Shown here piece after piece: positions 61,676 to 64,000 of a stretch of DNA of 64,000 nucleotides; within the stretch, counting starts at the first letter, position 1, and each line of letters starts with the position of its first letter. The notes beneath the pieces were generated by a model. The model did not search any database. It saw only the letters and a list, made by a program, of their open reading frames with translations, and was not told where the DNA came from. A program made the translations under genes and the position numbers. This stretch comes from Malacoraja senta (taxonomy: Eukaryota). The stretch lies in NCBI GenBank assembly GCA_038087875.1, contig CM075996.1, positions 6,388,001 through 6,452,000 of the forward strand, read 5' to 3'.

Positions 61676-63216
61676 TAGCGATGTTGCAAAACCTACCTTC
61701 AGCGGCGCTACAGTTCTGCCACTGGCCATGTGCGCGACTTTGGCGCCTTTGGGGGGGGGAGGCGGGATTAAATGCAGTTTTGCACTGCTTGTTGGAGAGG
61801 GATTTCCTCGGGCTGCTAGCTGATGAAGAAAAATCGATCGGACTTCCGCTCCCGTTTAAAAAAAAATCGCTGGACAATTTAATAATTGGATTAAAATAAA
61901 ATGCGACTTCGAACGCCTACAACGTGACGGATCGTAATGACAGGACAAAACAAAGGTAAGTCGTCTATTTTACATATAATCTTGCTTCTTGGGATGGCTT
62001 TAATCTAATTTTGCGAAAATGTTATTTGGGCCCCGTAGGAACCGGCCATGTCTTTCCTGCCGATATGGGGTTCAAATTCACCGCAAGCGCAATGTTCCAA
62101 TCATTCGAGTTCCAGAAACACCCACTCGCAAGATAATTTAAATGCTCTTTTTTTTGGACAATCATGTCATAAGAGCATCTAAATTGTCTATATTTTGTGT
62201 TACTGTCTATCCATAGTCAATATTTTTATACTAAATATACACAACAGTTTTAGCCACATCTATTGTGCAAAAAATAATAATTTTGATTGTATTGAGTGGA
62301 TGTTTCTAGATTAATTTATGGAACTAAAACATTACATTCCTTCCATCTGGCATATAAATTAATGACTGAGATTTAAAAATCATGTTATATTGTGAATTCT
62401 TGTGTGAATGGGATTATTGTTATTTGGATACTTAGGCTATTTAAAAAATATATCCTTTTCTTCAGAAATGGAATCTACAGGACATTCTTAATGGGAAAGT
62501 AGTAGGCAGAAAGGGATGTCATGCGTAGTTTGAAGAGCAAAAACTTGTAGTTTATAATGCCAAAATTGAAAAGTTGAGGAAAAACAAGGTGTACAGAGTT
62601 GCTTATTGGTTACAATCTGAGGAGTATGATGATGCTATTGATTATGATATGCCAATGTACCAGCTAGCAACTGATCTTCTCCATAAAGACTTGGTCTATT
62701 GCTAGAAATTGTAATTTATTTACCTATCTGTTATGGACTTACAGCATATAATACAATAGTATTAAAGTTCTGATCTTGAGAATATCACATTTTTGAATTT
62801 TCAAGGCAGTCTGGGTGTTTATTACTATTTCCGTCACAACGGTCAATTTTGTAATTAGCTACAATTAGGTAATTAGCTAATTATATGCTTTAATTTCAGT
62901 TCATCCAAGTAAGATGTTTTATATTTGTTTCAGAATGCTTCAATCTATAATAACTGAAAATTTCATTCAGTTCTCTTAATTTTTAAGAAAGTTATGGGCT
63001 TTTGACTGTCCTCGATCACAGCTTTTATGTTAAGTCAATGGAAAAGCAATAGGGAACAAGATACTAATTTCCTAGTATGAAAATGGCCATAACTTTTTTA
63101 ATACTGAAGATGAAGAAAGTGAATTAGGTGTCAAATTAAACTTCTTTTTATGCTTTATCTGATGGGATAAATTGCAGACTTGATTTTTAAAATCTCAACA
63201 TTTTATAACATTGCTA
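61676..63216. mobile_element. Non-autonomous DNA transposon (imperfect 16-bp TIR, 7-bp flanking repeat)
   Basis: TAGCGATGTTGCAAAA / TTTTATAACATTGCTA; TAATATT on both sides; absent from the paralogous site near 49900. Confidence 0.8.
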
Positions 63217-64000
63217 TAATATTGCATTTAGTTTAGAGATACAGTGTGCAAACAGGCCCTTCAGCCCATCAACTCCATGCTGACAACAAACCAATCGTCC
63301 AAATGAGTTCTATGTTATCCCAGTTTCGCATCCTACACACTAGAGGCCATTCACAAAAGCCAATTAACCGACAAACCTGGACGTCTTTAGAATGTCGGAG
63401 GAAACCGGAGCACCCCGAAAAAACCCACACGGTCACAGGGAGAATGTGCAAACTCCACACTGGCAGCACCCGTCATCGGGATCGAACCTGGGTCTCTGGC
63501 GCTGTGAGGCAGCTGCTCTACATCTCTTTGCAAAGCTTATTAAATGTTAACTATTTGATTTAATAATCAAAAGCTTTCCCAATATCCTCAATGATCCTTA
63601 CTGAAGTAAACTTGTATTGTATTAGTGCATTTGTTTACATCTTTTAACCATCTCATCATTATCGTTGGTAGTGTCAGTCCTCAGGAATCCTAAATGGATG
63701 AGTAATGCCTATGAGTGATCTCTCCAGCAATCCCATGGTGAACTCCAAACTACCTGCGGTGAACCCTCAGCTTTTTGGTACAATGGTGGGAGGGTGAAGA
63801 GTAAGGAGATAGTCACCGCCATCAAAAACATAGGAGCAATGCAGTTTTAAACTGATTTTAAACTAATGGCTAAATTACAAAAACTGGAACGCTGGAATGT
63901 TTAGAGTTTAGAGATACAGCATGGAAACAGGTCCGTCATCCCATCGAGACCGCGTCGACCATCGATCGACCCGTTCACACTAGATCTATGTCCCACACTC

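Larger units (their letters stand above)
45826..64000. repeat. Complex tandem segmental duplication
   Basis: 45826-47770 ~ 58614-60660; 49040-49920 ~ 56494-57160 (partial) ~ 60815-61675; 49905-50597 ~ 63217-64000; 54282-55726 ~ 57161-58622. Confidence 0.9.

Overview
Repeat-rich vertebrate DNA. The SINE, CR1 and Penelope families point to a cartilaginous fish, probably a skate or ray (inference). Three host genes are supported. (1) A GPRC5-family class C orphan GPCR on the minus strand: large coding exon 1555-2473 running into a 200-N gap, three single-base frameshifts, and a candidate non-coding exon 1/promoter at about 6.3-6.7 kb. (2) A complete five-exon parvalbumin/oncomodulin-like gene on the plus strand: TATA at 37190, coding exons of 61/133/110/26 nt giving 109 aa, polyA signal at 48260. 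The ORF track misses it. (3) A TRIM56-like RING/B-box/coiled-coil/NHL gene with a single coding exon, minus strand 51594-53561, tail-to-tail with the parvalbumin gene. From about 45.8 kb to the window end there is a complex tandem segmental duplication. It contains an orphan parvalbumin exon 4 disrupted by a CR1 insertion and a duplicated TRIM promoter with an expanded NRF1-like minisatellite, and it predicts another TRIM copy beyond 64 kb. Mobile DNA includes CR1, Rex1/Babar-like, L1/Tx1 and Penelope retroelements, tRNA-derived SINEs, Tc1, Harbinger-type MITEs and hAT-like elements. Notable oddities are a 34-bp TIR-only element with an 8-bp TSD and a paralogous empty site, a CR1 flanked by a 591-bp direct repeat, a polyadenylated insert with a 15-bp TSD, hammerhead-ribozyme cores in Penelope-associated repeats, a THAP remnant, and a spindlin/Tudor-like remnant in a DNA transposon. 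All calls were made by eye; no database searches were run.
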